The notes below the pieces were generated by a model. The model did not search any database and was not told the origin of the DNA. It saw only the letters and a program-made list of their open reading frames with translations. DNA of 58,790 bases, the filler included, from Sphacelaria rigidula (Eukaryota), in NCBI GenBank assembly GCA_964200075.2. It is 10 parts of 10 records of this genome, joined end to end, with 100 filler letters (N's around TTAATTAATTAA, not from the genome) between each part and the next. Parts side by side here need not be neighbours in the genome. Positions count along the whole stretch, not along the records: positions 1 to 5,789 come from CAXNAA020024448.1; positions 5,890 to 11,678 come from CAXNAA020024449.1; positions 11,779 to 17,567 come from CAXNAA020024450.1; 7 more parts are not named here. One strand, written 5' to 3'. Position numbers and translations under genes: made by a program. Shown piece by piece: positions 1 to 12,653 of the stretch (the first letter of the stretch is position 1; each line of letters starts with the position of its first letter).

Positions 1-2049
1 AAAAAAAAAAAAAAAAAAAGAAGGAAAGGGTCATTCTCCGCATTAAAAAATGGATATACCCAGGTCTGCTCGCCTGCGAGTAACTTCCATACAATCGATT
101 TATTTATTTTTGCATCATGCAGTAGAGGAAATCTATGCACAAGCGAACCCCCACAGGTCTATCACCTACCGGGCAAACACTGGCTTGAGTTGGGGCGTCA
201 AATGACAGGTACAATGGTGAGTGACTCGATCAGCTCCCACCCGTCCATCTATCGGAAGTTGTTTTTCTTCTGCATTTGTTTTCTTTTTGTAGTAGCGTCC
301 CAGAGCTCTTCTGTGAGTACCGCGAACCATACCATTGTCGGTACCGCACCACAACACGATTATAGATGCGAACTTGAGCACAACACGGCACATGTAGCAA
401 GACACCCGGGAGCCCGTCCAGCAACACAGGTAATATCATCCAGTTCAGGTACGGGCCGAGACTGGGAACAGAACCGGGAGGGTATCGTAGCAACATGTTC
501 TGGCAGTTCTACCCTCAAGCTCTACTGCCAAGATTTTTCAATCATATCAAAAATAAAAAGGGGGGCGATGAAAAACAGTTCCCCACTGTTGCATCTCGTG
601 CAACAACAGCTTTACGATCACGAGCACTGAAACTCTGGAGAAGAGCACATGTGATAACCACAATACATGCTGAATTTCCACTCATCCGCAATGCTCTTGG
701 GTTTTTTCCCGTGACGACCCCTGCGTCCGGTTTCACACCTTACCGGCGCTCTCGCTGCCCGTACACCATAGGGTTTCATCCTTGCGGTGACAGTTTAGCT
801 TTTGAGAACTGTGATATCGTATTTTATGCTCAACTTTGCTAATCATATATTTGATCGTGTTTGTGTTTGTCGCCCATGCGTTTTCGCTTGTACTGCATCA
901 CCGGATATCATTTTTGCGGTGACCGTTTTTGTTGTGGGAAATACACGATTTTAGTGGGTTTCGCATATTTTGTATTTTGGGATGATATTCGCAGTGCATA
1001 TTCTACACACGTACCATTCCTCGCTTACTGATGTCTCTACTTATTGCATTGGATAATGGAGCCCTTTTCGTACCCTTATTTACATCGCAAGTTATGTGTC
1101 GAATTCAGTGCTCGACACGGAACGAGTCGATACGCGACAGGAGTAACAAGACCAGGGCATGCTCTTATATTCATGTACTCAGTGCTCCCAACTTGTGCTG
1201 ATCTTACACTTTACTACCTTCGTCCCACACCCTTGTCCTAGGTATAAGTGTCATCACGAGAGAAACGGTGCTAAATGCGATGGCGACCGTTCATCCCCCA
1301 CCAGGCCACGCCGGGACGCGGACGCACGGTACATCGAGGACGGTATGTGTCCGCGTTGAATACAATTCAGTGGTTTTCTCGGTTGGGTGATTGCTGTACG
1401 TCTTTTGTTTGCATAACAGGACTGACTGTTAGGTGTGACTGAACATCGCGTTTCTTATCTCATACTGCCAAGGGCTATGATAATCGCTTTCGTAACAGTC
1501 GCTCCCGCCAATAGTCCATGTTGCGTGCCACGCTTCACCCTGGTGTTGCAGTGTTTATATCGAGCGTGCATGCTTCTGTGTTTCATTTATTTTATTGTGT
1601 TGTTTTCGATGTACCTTCACACTCACGAATGACAATCGTCTTTTCTTGAACTGTGTGGTATATCAAGACCGTATCGTCACTCTATCGTGACGACTCATCG
1701 TGGAAATACTGGTATCCGGCACAATATCTTGTTACATTACGATGAATTCATATGTTCTTTTAATGTAAAGTTATCCCAGATCTATTCATCGATTCATTCT
1801 TCTAGTTGCCATCTTACAGCTCATGCGTTTGGGTTCTTGGGAGGTATGTTATCCTTTGGCTGCACTGTTCACAAGATTTGAGAACGATCTGCCCCATAGC
1901 ATTTCATGTCTGCAAGTGTTGAACCAGATATAGTCGCTTATTGCAGTAATTTGTCAGGAGTGTTGAACACCTTAGGGTTGTGCTCCGAATTCGTTTAGTT
2001 TCATATCCAAAACCCCCAATGCTATCAGCACTTCCCCCCCATTTATCCA

Positions 2050-3330
2050 GTGCAGTTGTTAAAATTTAGTGGTAAGAAAGAAAAACGAAAGGAGAGGAAA
2101 GAAACAACAGTAACCAACTTAACCGAACACGAGCTGCTCTATTCAACGATACGGAGAGGAAAGACTCCAAGAACGCTTTTCAGAGTGCTACGCCAGGAAC
2201 GATCATTGTCTGTTGTGGGTACCGATGATGAACATATGTCAACTTCAGTTATCCAGCGACAACTGATGTGTGACTTGACAGCACTGGTACACACTGAATA
2301 CGCGCACACTGAATTAGCACACACCATGCTATTTTTGCAGCGTCATTTCTGCTCGACCACTACGAAGGAAGACTACCGCGAGTACGCTCGATCATACGGT
2401 TGCAGACGCTGGGAAAATGCCGGTCTCAACTTCTAACGATGCCAAAGAGTTGCCTTTTGTAGCCCTGATTGATATTGGAGATTGACTTCCAGGACACTCA
2501 CTACATACATACATCCGGTATTCGATGCACACCACAGGTTATCGACTGGGCACCAAAACCCTTTTGCCTGCCCCCGCCCGGCAAAAGAGTCGATAACGGT
2601 GGCCCGCATCCTACCATTGATCCTGTGTGAAACGTTCGTGATGTCTAAACTAATTTACAGCCAAAAAAGGGGGAGCCCGCAGCAGCATGAGTGAGGTAGT
2701 TATGTAGATGGAACACTTTTTACGATAGCCCCCCCCCCCCAAAACCAGCTAAAAATGTCACGAAGAAAATGGCCATACAGCGCCTGATGTTTGGGTTCAG
2801 GCTGCATGGAGGCCCTCATACTGGCGACATTGGCTAGAACGAACCCAAGCATGGGAATTCCCAGCTTCTCGTTGTGCTCGGCGTTTCCCATTTCGATTTA
2901 CGTAAAGATTTTGCCTCTCATAACCATGCACTTTTCGGGGGGGGGGCTATCGTAGAAAGTATCATGACTTGAGTTATCAATGGACTACCGACCCGCAAAT
3001 CACCCAGGAGGTCAAGGTACCGTTGAGAGGGCAGGGGCATGGATGCATGATACATTGTCCGACAAGTGGGACGGGTACGTAGACCCAACGTGGTGGACCA
3101 AACGTACACTTCCAGATCCATCCGTCCCTTCCAACATGCCCCCATTTCAAATACTCTTTGGAAGTACTCTCCCGGCTGCCGTAGACACTCTTGTATGACA
3201 AATGAGTGGCACTGACACCGCGTTAGGTCTAGAGAATTTCGTTAAGCAAACATGAAAACGTGAACGAGACCAGGTTAAGGTAGTCCTAGAAGCCAAACAG
3301 GGAAACAAGCAAAAGGCCCGACAGAGACGG
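2050..3330 (+). mobile_element. Degenerate Ty3/Gypsy LTR-retrotransposon integrase remnant, interrupted by a MITE
   Basis: Broken ORFs give an HHCC-like zinc-binding segment (LVHTEYAHTELAHTMLFLQRHF...DYREYARSYGCRRW), a core segment (PFACPRPAKESITVARIL..LCETF) and the late-core motif DYRPANHPGGQGTVER...WDGYV....WTKRT...MPPFQILFG. Multiple stops and frameshifts. Confidence 0.75.
2708..2965. mobile_element. MITE, ~260 bp, inserted in the Gypsy integrase
   Basis: Terminal inverted repeats ACACTTTTTACGATAGCCCCCC / GGGGGGCTATCGTAGAAAGTAT. Integrase-like sequence resumes on both sides. The same right end recurs at 23557-23632. Confidence 0.75.
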
Positions 3331-4587
3331 AGTGCAAGCATCATAAGACACGCCTCGGGAACGTCGGCAATAGAGTAGAGACAGGTGAGCTATATGATTA
3401 CTTTGATCCATACAAGCGCGTGAGATACCCGAACAACGAGTGGTTGGAATTTAGCAGGGGGAAATCGCATAAAATTAGCAGTTTAGAGTGAGTGGTATCC
3501 AGTACATACCGACAACTGCAAACTCTAGGTAGCAGAAGCCAGGCCACCAGACGCGCACCCCCCCCCCGAGTGAGTAATTTACAGGTGAAGAACCCCATGC
3601 AGGATGAACAAGTGTGAAACTTTTACTGAGGCCCGGAGATGCAGTAGGAGGTGAGAAGGTTACCCGGTTCCATTGGTGCAGCCGAAACGGGTAGCAGCAA
3701 AATCTAGGTGCAGCCGAATCCAGGTGCAGCCGAAACGAGCCTCTATCCCGTGCTTTCTCGATGAAAAGCCATAGAGGAGTGTGTATGGAGTTACCCCTTT
3801 CATGTAAACTCGACAGGTTATACCTGGTAAACCACCTGGCAAATCTTTCGAGGGGGGATGTTACAGGGTGGATGATGACCCTGAATAGAAGGCTATAGGG
3901 TGACGCGGTTGCGGGTCTGCCGAACCATTCTTCAGCCCAATGACGATTGATAAAATATAAAGACGCTATCCACCCGCAAAGCGCACACGAGGTCAAAAAG
4001 GAAGAGAGACCAAACATTCGAATCCGAGGGCAAATATGACATATCGTCTCACGATAACTGAACTGCACTGTACCACTGCTGAACACTGAATGCTACATCA
4101 CCCACCCTTCACAAAGGATAATCTACATGCTATACGCAACGCTCATTACGTGCCGATCTTCTGCAAGCTAATCGACGCGACAAGCAAGAGGTATGCATGG
4201 TCTTGGTGTGAAGTAGCGAGTTTGCATTATATTACTGTAGCCATTGTACACTGTAATACGGGGTCCTAGGATGCCTTGCATGGACAAAGCACCCTTCGAC
4301 TAGGCTACCTTGCTCGCCTGACCAATGCATACTTTTCTTGTGCGACAGTATGCGCTCACTCAACCGAAACACACGGAATAGTGGCCGTAGAGATGGAAAC
4401 AGCATAACCAATACCACACCCGGCCGGCTGTGATCAACTACCTCTTACACGATGACGAGATATATTTGTAAGACAGCCGTATCACCGCATGCCGCCGCTG
4501 CTGTACATCATGTGTCCACTGCTGTCCACTGGAAACTACCAAAGGTTGCTTAGGCTAAGATACCACACCCTCAGGAGCGATTTTCAA

Positions 4588-4725
4588 AGCTCAATTACTT
4601 TATCCCGACGAGATGATGGCAACGCCGCCCAATTCAGCCCTGGCATCGCTTCTAGTAGCTCGATTACTTTCTCTCGACGAGATGATGGCAAAGCCGCCCA
4701 ATTCAGCCCTGGCATTGCTTCCACT
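4588..4725. repeat. 69-bp tandem duplication
   Basis: AGCTC(A/G)ATTACTTT..CGACGAGATGATGGCAA(C/A)GCCGCCCAATTCAGCCCTGGCAT at 4588 and 4657. Confidence 0.9.
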
Positions 4726-5789
4726 GAGGAGTAAATGAGCTTTCAAATCTGTCTTGGGTATGTGGTATCTTATGCGACCTACAATAGTGAGTGAGGGTGT
4801 CAGTGTGCCAGTGTACTGCTCGGTCTTGTACTCTGCGGCCATACCAAAACAGTGTTAAAGAATACGGTAGTCGTGGAGACTGTTGTACTCCTCTTGGCAG
4901 GTGACTGCAGAGGTTGGCGCAGGCAGCTTTATGCTGACCTCGTCTCAGGAGTGAACACTGCAGGTGTCTGAACACGAATGTATACTTATTGTTCCTCATC
5001 CATGTAGCAGATCCCAAACAAACAGCTAAAACGTCCCACACGGGGACAATCTCAAGAAGAGAAGTGAAGAGGAGCGATGAAGAGTGAGACCATGTGGGAT
5101 GGTCACAACAAAGGTCGCTACGCTATTTTGCTACCTTCTCGAAGATTCAATCGGTGTTCCTGTCTTAAGCATCGTTCTCGAGAACTCTCACTGTCGTATG
5201 CTCCGCCAAATCTAGAAAACTTATCCAACCGCCAAATCTATTCATCCGGTGAGTGCTTGACTGACTTGCGAAGACTAGTCAATGATATCTTTCGAGAACA
5301 ACCTGCACACCACAGGATTCTCAAAGGCTGTACAACAACTCTAACCGTTTCCTATTGCCCCGCATAATGTCCCGCCTGTTACTCAGTGAACAAGCCTCCG
5401 TATTTCAGTCTGAAGCTACTGAACATTGACTCACATATGTTATGCAACATGAAATTCTTGACACCCCCCCTCAATGGAAGTACAATTGTAGCACTCAGGA
5501 AAGATAAAGAAATCCGGACTGATGAATACTTCTAGGCCAACTTATGGAAACGTATGCTTCCATTTCTGCACATTCCCCACAATTTACACTACTTGGATTT
5601 TCAACTCAACACTTTCTACAGGCTAGGCCGCCTAAGACGCGGGCAGGGATGTGAACACGCGATTTAACAGCTGATTTTCAGGTTGTTTTCTATAAAATTT
5701 TGACACGATGTAGAGGATGTATAACAGTGTTTTCGTGAGATTGAGAGTAGATGATACGATTGAGAGTGAAAAGCGATCAATCAGTGAAC

Positions 5790-5889
5790 NNNNNNNNNNN
5801 NNNNNNNNNNNNNNNNNNNNNNNNNNNNNNNNNTTAATTAATTAANNNNNNNNNNNNNNNNNNNNNNNNNNNNNNNNNNNNNNNNNNNN
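5790..5889. other. Artificial contig linker. Identical linkers at 11679-11778, 17568-17667, 23457-23556, 29346-29445, 35235-35334, 41124-41223, 47013-47112 and 52902-53001
   Basis: 44 N + TTAATTAATTAA (stops in all six frames) + 44 N, recurring every 5,889 bp. All ten intervening segments are 5,789 bp. Internal 10-N gaps at 10964-10973, 42617-42626 and 48480-48489. Confidence 0.99.
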
Positions 5890-5962
5890 AAAGGAATGAG
5901 TGCTGACTTGATATATATACAGAAAATAGTATGAGCGACCCCCCCCCCCCTCAGAAGGTCGA

Positions 5963-6029
5963 TCTCGAAAGGGATGCGTGGTCAATGGTCAAATGACTAA
6001 GGCAAGCAACAAATGAGTACGCCCCCCCC
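5963..6029 (+). mobile_element. 5'-truncated LINE 3' end with poly(C) tail and target-site duplication
   Basis: TCTCGAAAGGGATGCGTGGTCAATGGTCAAATGACTAAGGCAAGCAACAAATGAGTACG-C8, flanked by C(n)TCAGAAGGTCGA on both sides (5951-5962 and 6030-6041). Matches the 3' end of the long LINE at 37155-37227. Confidence 0.92.
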
Positions 6030-7317
6030 TCAGAAGGTCGAAATTAAAAAATGGGAGTGTGGGTCCAGGACTATTTTTGTTGGGCCCTCCTGTCGTACAC
6101 GTCATTTTTTTATGGGCCGCCATGTACTACTACCTGTCAGCAATAAGAACCGCTTTTACATTCATACGTTGACTGCATGTATTCTGCACGTGATAGTAGG
6201 GTATGATGTGACCTGCAGTCGTGAGCCGATCTGACCATGTACCCGGGTGCCTTCACCTGTATGAGGGAAGGCTCGGAGCAATGTTGGGCTTGATCATGTT
6301 GTGTGCATGGATTGAGACCGTGCAATCCCGTTATCCAATTCAGGCCGTCTGATTTGCACCACCTATTATATGTTACTCTTTGCTGACCCACCAAACCCTC
6401 AAGCCTTTTGCCTTCTCGGCGAATTTCGGTTTGCTTGGGTCGAGTTTCTGGTGTAGGAGCTACACGTCACCAATGCTAGAGTCAGCCCATATTGATTGCG
6501 AGAATTCGAGCGATACAAGAACTTGAGTGTCAAAATTGTCATTGAACACTCAGCTTGTCCTTTTACTTACGATGCTGTTTTTGAGACATGGGCAGTGGAA
6601 AGTCCTGATCCACAATCTAACTTAGCGCAAGGTGTGGATTGCCCCTCCCTGCCACCCATCCCGCGAGGTACTGGTTGGGTGAAACAACCTCTCCTGTCGG
6701 GTCTTTATGTTAGGAGGTTTGGAGTATGACGAGAACGCTTCGCAAAGTGTAAAGCGTGAGGCAAAGTTGTACTGCACTGTACAAGGAATTCTTGGTGTAC
6801 AGTATAGAGTACAGCACAGTGCCTGTTTACAGGGCAGTGAAGTTTGACCTCCAGCCTTGGCGGCGTCAATCGAGACGTACGGAGAACAGTACAGTACGTG
6901 TCCCTCCACAATCCTCCAGAATCGGTAAAGAAGAACTCGTTTCACCAGGTCAAATCCAACAGTCTGCATCTCGGACCACTCAGTCCTGCTCCAAAATTCA
7001 GAGTAGGTACATCATATGTCTCGCATTTCAAGGTACAGCGTGGTGCGGTGTTCTTCGTGTAAATATATTTTGTTGTCGAGCATTTGTATCGAAACTAGTA
7101 CCCCTGAACCTCCGATAGCTGCTGCTCTCTACTTGGGATTCGGCCGCGTATAGCGGGATTTCTTTGCCAAACCATTCATGACAACCGGTAAGGTCACTTT
7201 GGCTGTCAACCTGAGACATCCCGCCCTCCGAGTGTTGTACTGTGCTTCAAAGGTATGCAACAAATGAGTACGCCCCTTCCCCTCCCCCTCTCGCCCCCTC
7301 GTTTCGTATTCCATCAG

Positions 7318-7632
7318 GTGTCCCTATTTTTGTTCGGTTTCAAGCTCACCATCATGTTCGTGGTCGGGAGCTACTTTGTGATTCACGCCACCTTCCTATA
7401 CTCCACCAAGCCCAAACCCGCGGACGGCGCGGTCGCCGCCCCTTCCGGAGGAGGCACATCGTCGTCAGCGGGCGGAACCGCACCGGCGATCAGCGGTACG
7501 AATATGAGCGGTGGCGGTAGTGCGGATGTGGAGATGCCTGAGAAGGAATCGCTACTCCGAGCGGACGTGTTTGACCCGGAATCGCCGAGGATGGGTCCCC
7601 GAAAGGCTAGTGGGGTTTCTACGGACACTTGA
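7318..7632 (+). CDS. Terminal exon of a nucleotide-sugar transporter (SLC35A / CMP-sialic acid / UDP-galactose transporter-like)
   Basis: C-rich tract plus CATCAG| acceptor. Translation VSLFLFGFKLTIMFVVGSYFVIHATFLYS fits the last transmembrane pair of SLC35A-type proteins, followed by a disordered tail and TGA. Confidence 0.75.
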   Translation: MSLFLFGFKLTIMFVVGSYFVIHATFLYSTKPKPADGAVAAPSGGGTSSSAGGTAPAISGTNMSGGGSADVEMPEKESLLRADVFDPESPRMGPRKASGVSTDT

Positions 7633-8020
7633 CAAAAAAAGTGGGTGTGATGTGGGTAACAAACAGCCTTGCCCTAAAGGCCCCCTCACACATGCGGCAT
7701 GACGCCAGCCCTCCTCAATGTTTCTTGGAATATTCTGATGGAACAGGCGTTGCGTCACCTCGGGTCATTGTCCGCTCACGTCACCGGAGTATCGTTATAC
7801 TCCGAGGAGAGGCGCAGCCCACCGGTCTGTCCCTCCTGCCCACTTATAATTATTCACCTGCGTACACCTGTACCTCCACCCACATAGCATCGAGCAGATA
7901 CCCTCAGCCTTATGGTTTACCCATGAGACCCTCGAGACTGTTCGCTCCGCACCTTGCGATGTTAGGGTCAGTGGTGGTTTAAAACGAGACGGGAGGCAGA
8001 TGCCCTCATGGTATCATGTA

Positions 8021-8225
8021 CTGTAGGGATGGACATACAGGGGCATGCTGCTCCCCGATTCATCGAGCATTGCCGTCAGGAATCTCCACAAGATTCGTCG
8101 GCAGCCCTTGGTTGTCTATCGTGTACGGTAGAGATGGATATACCGGGGCATGCTGTTCTCCGATTAGTCGAGCATTGATGGGATGAATCTCCGCAAGATT
8201 CATCGGCGGTATTTGGTTGTCTACT
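8021..8225. repeat. Diverged ~105-bp tandem duplication
   Basis: GGGCATGCTG.TC.CCGATT..TCGAGCATTG...GAATCTCC.CAAGATTC.TCGGC at 8041 and 8146. Confidence 0.8.
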
Positions 8226-10855
8226 GATGGATTTATATGTCGTCGTTTGCAGCAGACGAAACGCTCGCCGTGGACGACATCATCTGACCACAAAATATGG
8301 TCGACCTATCTTGGGTAATGCCTTGTCAGTTCATGGTTTTTAGCGAGTCAGAAAACTTCTTGCCATTTTCGATATTTTTCCCGTCTTGTTGGTTCTCTGC
8401 AGCATTCCAGGGCTCGTTCTGCCCTATTGAATAACACTAAATAAATATTGTGGTGATTTTATCGAGCGCGCGAGAGAGAGACAAGGAGGTGGTTATAGCA
8501 TAGCGTTTCCTAGAGAAGGATATCAGCCCAATCTCCTTTGCGCGAGATTGTTGTTCTTGTTTTCTTTCCCCCCTTTGGCACGGTAAGGGAGACAAAGCAC
8601 CATTTTCCAGAATTTCTGGTTGTCTCCTGGTTCGCCGAATGTACCTTCACATGGTCGCGAATCGTCCTGTGTGGCTCGGTGGATGGAGCAGCACCTTGGG
8701 TTGTTCGCGATCGCTGCGCCGGAGGCCAAAGGCGCCAAGGGAGATGCAAGAGTGTGGTTGGCAGAGACGGGCGGGATGGATGTGGATGATGTCAGGCGTA
8801 GCCCCCCGGATGTGCGTTGTTGAGGGGTTGCCGCCGCAAGGACGTGACCAGCGTTTCCTAAAGTATGACGGAGGGAATTTGGTGTACGTAGTATACCTGG
8901 GCGAGAGCAGTGGAGAAATCAAGGATCTGGTGTTATGCATATTTTGATGTGGCTTGACGGTGGGCTAGGAGTACCCGTGGCTGAGGGTTTGTGAATGATA
9001 GGGTATCTAAGCGTATACCACTTTTGTGTCTTTTTTTGAGGTTTTGCGCTCTACCGTCCTGTCGTTCTCCCTCGGCCAGTTGCTTTTCGCAGCGTTCGAG
9101 TCGGCGGTGTATTGTGTATCGGAGACACTCGTCATTTATCTGGAGGTGCCGCGCTTGACCTCTTTGGATGTGAAATTTGTTGCGGAACGATGTTTATGCT
9201 CAACTCGGTTGTGTCTTGCCGAGAATCTGTCGGATAATTGTGCTCTTGGGGCACACCGCACGTGCACAGTTGGGTGGGTTGTTTGGTTATGTACATTGTT
9301 GATGATGTCGGTGCATGTATGTCGGGTACAATTATGATTTTGCTGGTTTACTCCGATCTTTTCTATTTAGCTGCGACGTGTGACCAATGACTGTGTGTGA
9401 TGAGTGACTCCTGTTTTCTCGATTTACCTTTTATTTTGCGCGTGGATCAGATTTGCCGGCGTGAGCTCAAAACACACACTGTACCTACCGTAAGCTGTAT
9501 ACAGTAACATCAACCCGGTGTCGGGTTGATGAATATAACCTTTTGTCTCGAAACACCAAACCCGTCAACCAGTCAGTGCCGAAATTATTTGCATCAAAGC
9601 GTATGGGCAGTACTCCAAGTCAAGTCATGATGAATTGTTTCAAGACTTTTTGACCAAATGAATAAGCAAAGTATCATCGTGAACGTGTTTGCGATTCACG
9701 AAAAACTGCTACAATTCCCCGTTGTCGCGTAGGGACCATGGCGGTCACTCGCTGGCGCATCTGAAACACGCTAAATAAAAATCGTACTTATACACGTTGC
9801 ACGTGACACATTTGAAAAACGTGACTTCGGGTCATTTGACGCTGCGAAAGGTTTGATTTTTTGGACGGGACAGATGTTTCCAAACGTGATGTAGCGTATT
9901 GTCTTTCGAATGAAGCTCAACGTAGCGTTTTACTCCCCAGATGTGACGAAAACAGCCACTTTTTACATCATATGTAATGTGGAAATTTCCAAGAGACACT
10001 GCTTCAAGGAACACACGTTACATCACGTTACGTTACATTCGTCCCGTCTGAAATGTCAAACCTGACGTAGCGTTGAATGACCCGAAGGCACCTTGTTTCA
10101 AGTGTGTGGCGTGTGTATCTATGATAAAAACGAGGGATCCGTGTGCTTACCGTACGGCTGAAAATGTCCTCACGACGCCTGTCCCGAGCGAGGATGCCCT
10201 CAAAAGGTCTCGTGGTGTGATATCTCATTTATTATTTGCAAAATTGCTTCCATCTTTTTTATTTGGGTTCCAGATCCTGGTGTTCACTTTACTCTCAATT
10301 CAGGGAAACATTGTCTGGGAGTTTCGTATCCTTGGAAAAGTACGTTCATGGGCCGGTGTGGGGTACTGAGATCCACAACTTGTTTAAAAAATCAGATGAT
10401 CAATCAGTGAACAGACCGATGACGGGGGATCCTAAGCAAACGAGGAGCGATACTTTTTTATGGGAACGAGCTGAGGTCGGTGTTTTTAAACGCGATATTG
10501 GTAACTGGTACCGAGCAAACAGACACGTTTAAACCGTTCAAAGGTATAATAATTGGAACCAGTTGCAATACTGTGAACAATAACTTCGACCTCACTTGGT
10601 TACAAAAATACAAGAAATTAATCCAGTTGCCATTTTTCAGGATCCTGGTGAGTCTAGGCGCGAAGTTGTAGAATGAAAATAAAAACGACTCGATTCTGTG
10701 TTCGGCAAAATCGATCTTTAGTGCAGGAGCGGGAAGAATTTTCCCAAACATTTGTAGTGGTTGCAGCATCTGAAGCCAATTCAGAACATATTGACCTGCG
10801 CGATTACCTGTGTGATGAGTCAGGTGAGGCAGTTCAGTGTGGGAGAAGGAGTAAG

Positions 10856-11098
10856 GAGTGATGCTACGGTAGGGGTGCAGAAATGATTTCTGAGATTGGA
10901 ATTGTAAGGAGCCCCTTCTCTCATCCAAAACACGACTTATAAAAATATGCGAGAGTACGCCAGNNNNNNNNNNATATCCCGAATAAATCTGTAAAGGGGG
11001 ATGCCCTGACCCGTATTCTTGTGCGTCTAGCATCGTTAGGAGCCCCTGAACCAGACAAAATTTTGCGAAAAAATTGCACCCCTACCGTAGCATTGCTC
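10856..11098. mobile_element. MITE with GAG...CTC termini and 4-bp TSD (Sola-like), copy A
   Basis: 24-bp TIR GAGTGATGCTACGGTAGGGGTGCA / TGCACCCCTACCGTAGCATTGCTC, flanked by TAAG on both sides. An inverted homologue lies at 14498-14762. Confidence 0.85.
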
Positions 11099-11274
11099 TA
11101 AGGTACAAGGGCAAGTGCATCCACGGTGCAGTGACAAACATGGTGTGTTGATTGAAGTCGAGGTTTACGAGATCCGGGAGCCGGTTGTGGTGCGACTAGC
11201 AGTTGGTGACGGCATCGCGAATCGTTTTTGTCTTACTTTTTTTGTTTGCAAGATAAATCCACTTGCCATTTCTA

Positions 11275-11573
11275 ACAATGTCTCCGTGAGATTGAGAGTA
11301 GAGGATACGATTGAGAGTGAAAAGCGGTCAATGAGTGAATTAATCGTTTCAGTTCCGAAATGCCCCCCCACGAGGCCCGGTATGATTTCTGTAGTAGCTT
11401 GCCACTGAGGCCCTTGATATCCCTGAGTCGGATATCGATGTGTAGCTGTAAGCACACGCTGGTGATAGAGCCAAAGAGGAGCACACATGGAACGAAATAT
11501 TGGCTAGGTTAAAGCGAATTACCAAAGCCCACTTTCAATCAGTGCTCTACTCTCAATCTCACTAAAACATTGT
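11275..11573. mobile_element. MITE with ~30-bp TIRs and TA flanks
   Basis: TA-ACAATGTCTCCGTGAGATTGAGAGTAGAG / CTCTACTCTCAATCTCACTAAAACATTGT-TA. The same left end recurs at 5722-5789. Confidence 0.7.
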
Positions 11574-11778
11574 TATTTCAGGATTTTGGTGCGTCTAGTC
11601 GCAAAAACAGCCAATCATCTATGTTGAGGATGGTGCTTTTGATTGAGGATGAGAACCCGGAGGATTAAAATCTTCGTANNNNNNNNNNNNNNNNNNNNNN
11701 NNNNNNNNNNNNNNNNNNNNNNTTAATTAATTAANNNNNNNNNNNNNNNNNNNNNNNNNNNNNNNNNNNNNNNNNNNN

Positions 11779-11846
11779 TGTCTCGAAAGGGATGCGTGGT
11801 CAATGGTCAAACGACTCAGGCAAGCAACAAATGAGTACGCCCCCCC
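11779..11846 (+). mobile_element. LINE 3'-end fragment with C-tail
   Basis: Same ...GCAAGCAACAAATGAGTACGCCCCCC terminus, at a contig start. Confidence 0.9.
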
Positions 11847-12653
11847 GCGCCCTCTGGGAACCCCCGGATGTCCGTGGACTGCAAGCCGGTGAATCTTCTC
11901 CGAGGCGACGCTCGTAGTCAAACGATTAAGACTATGCTCGCTGCTATAATAAGAATGTCTTTACCCTGATGATCAAAAGGTCAACCAAAGCTCTTGTTTT
12001 CAATATCATTCAGTGGCCCACCTGGTGTTCAATGGATACGGTGTGGTGACCAATGAGTTGACCTGCTCTAGCCAAGCAATCGGGGGCAGGAAATGTAAAA
12101 TCATTGCCTCACACGTTGGTTGGTCTCTCGCGGGAACCACCTGGCCACGCTTTCCCCGTCGCACCACTCCGTCAGCAACTCTCGACGGGTATGTGAAGAT
12201 CTGATTCGGAGCACACCCGAATCCTAAGCGTGAGTCTTGCGGTTGCACAGACAGGCACCGACGATAACGTTTCATGCTTTCCAGGCGGATCCAGGGTACG
12301 TGGGAAGAAATCGCAATACCCTGCACGACCCAATGAAGGACGGAGCATGATGTACTGCACCTGATACTGCACTCGTACCGTGCATGTCAACTCTCTGTCC
12401 TGGCAAAGGATCGCTGTTGATGGCTTCATTTCCTCACGTCTTTGCACTATACTACGTCCCTTCACTAGACCGACTCTTCACTCCCCCGTCGAACCGTCAT
12501 CCTTCATACGTGACACGCCTTAATACGAAGTCGTTTCGATCGCTCCTTGACCGCTTATTATTAAAGACGTACATTTTTTTGTGTGTGAACTACATTAACG
12601 TCACGTTTCACTAATTCCTCCCTCCCTACCTACCTCCGCGCTCTCTCGTGCAG

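Noticed and set aside
710..1259. Solo LTR with CGTGACGAC / GTCATCACG ends
   Set aside because: There are no TG...CA termini, no TSD and no second copy in the window.
5834..5845. TTAATTAATTAA as a biological motif
   Set aside because: It is always centred in N-runs and is an artificial six-frame stop linker.
8500..9020. Second tyrosine-recombinase remnant
   Set aside because: The resemblance is too weak to support without a search.
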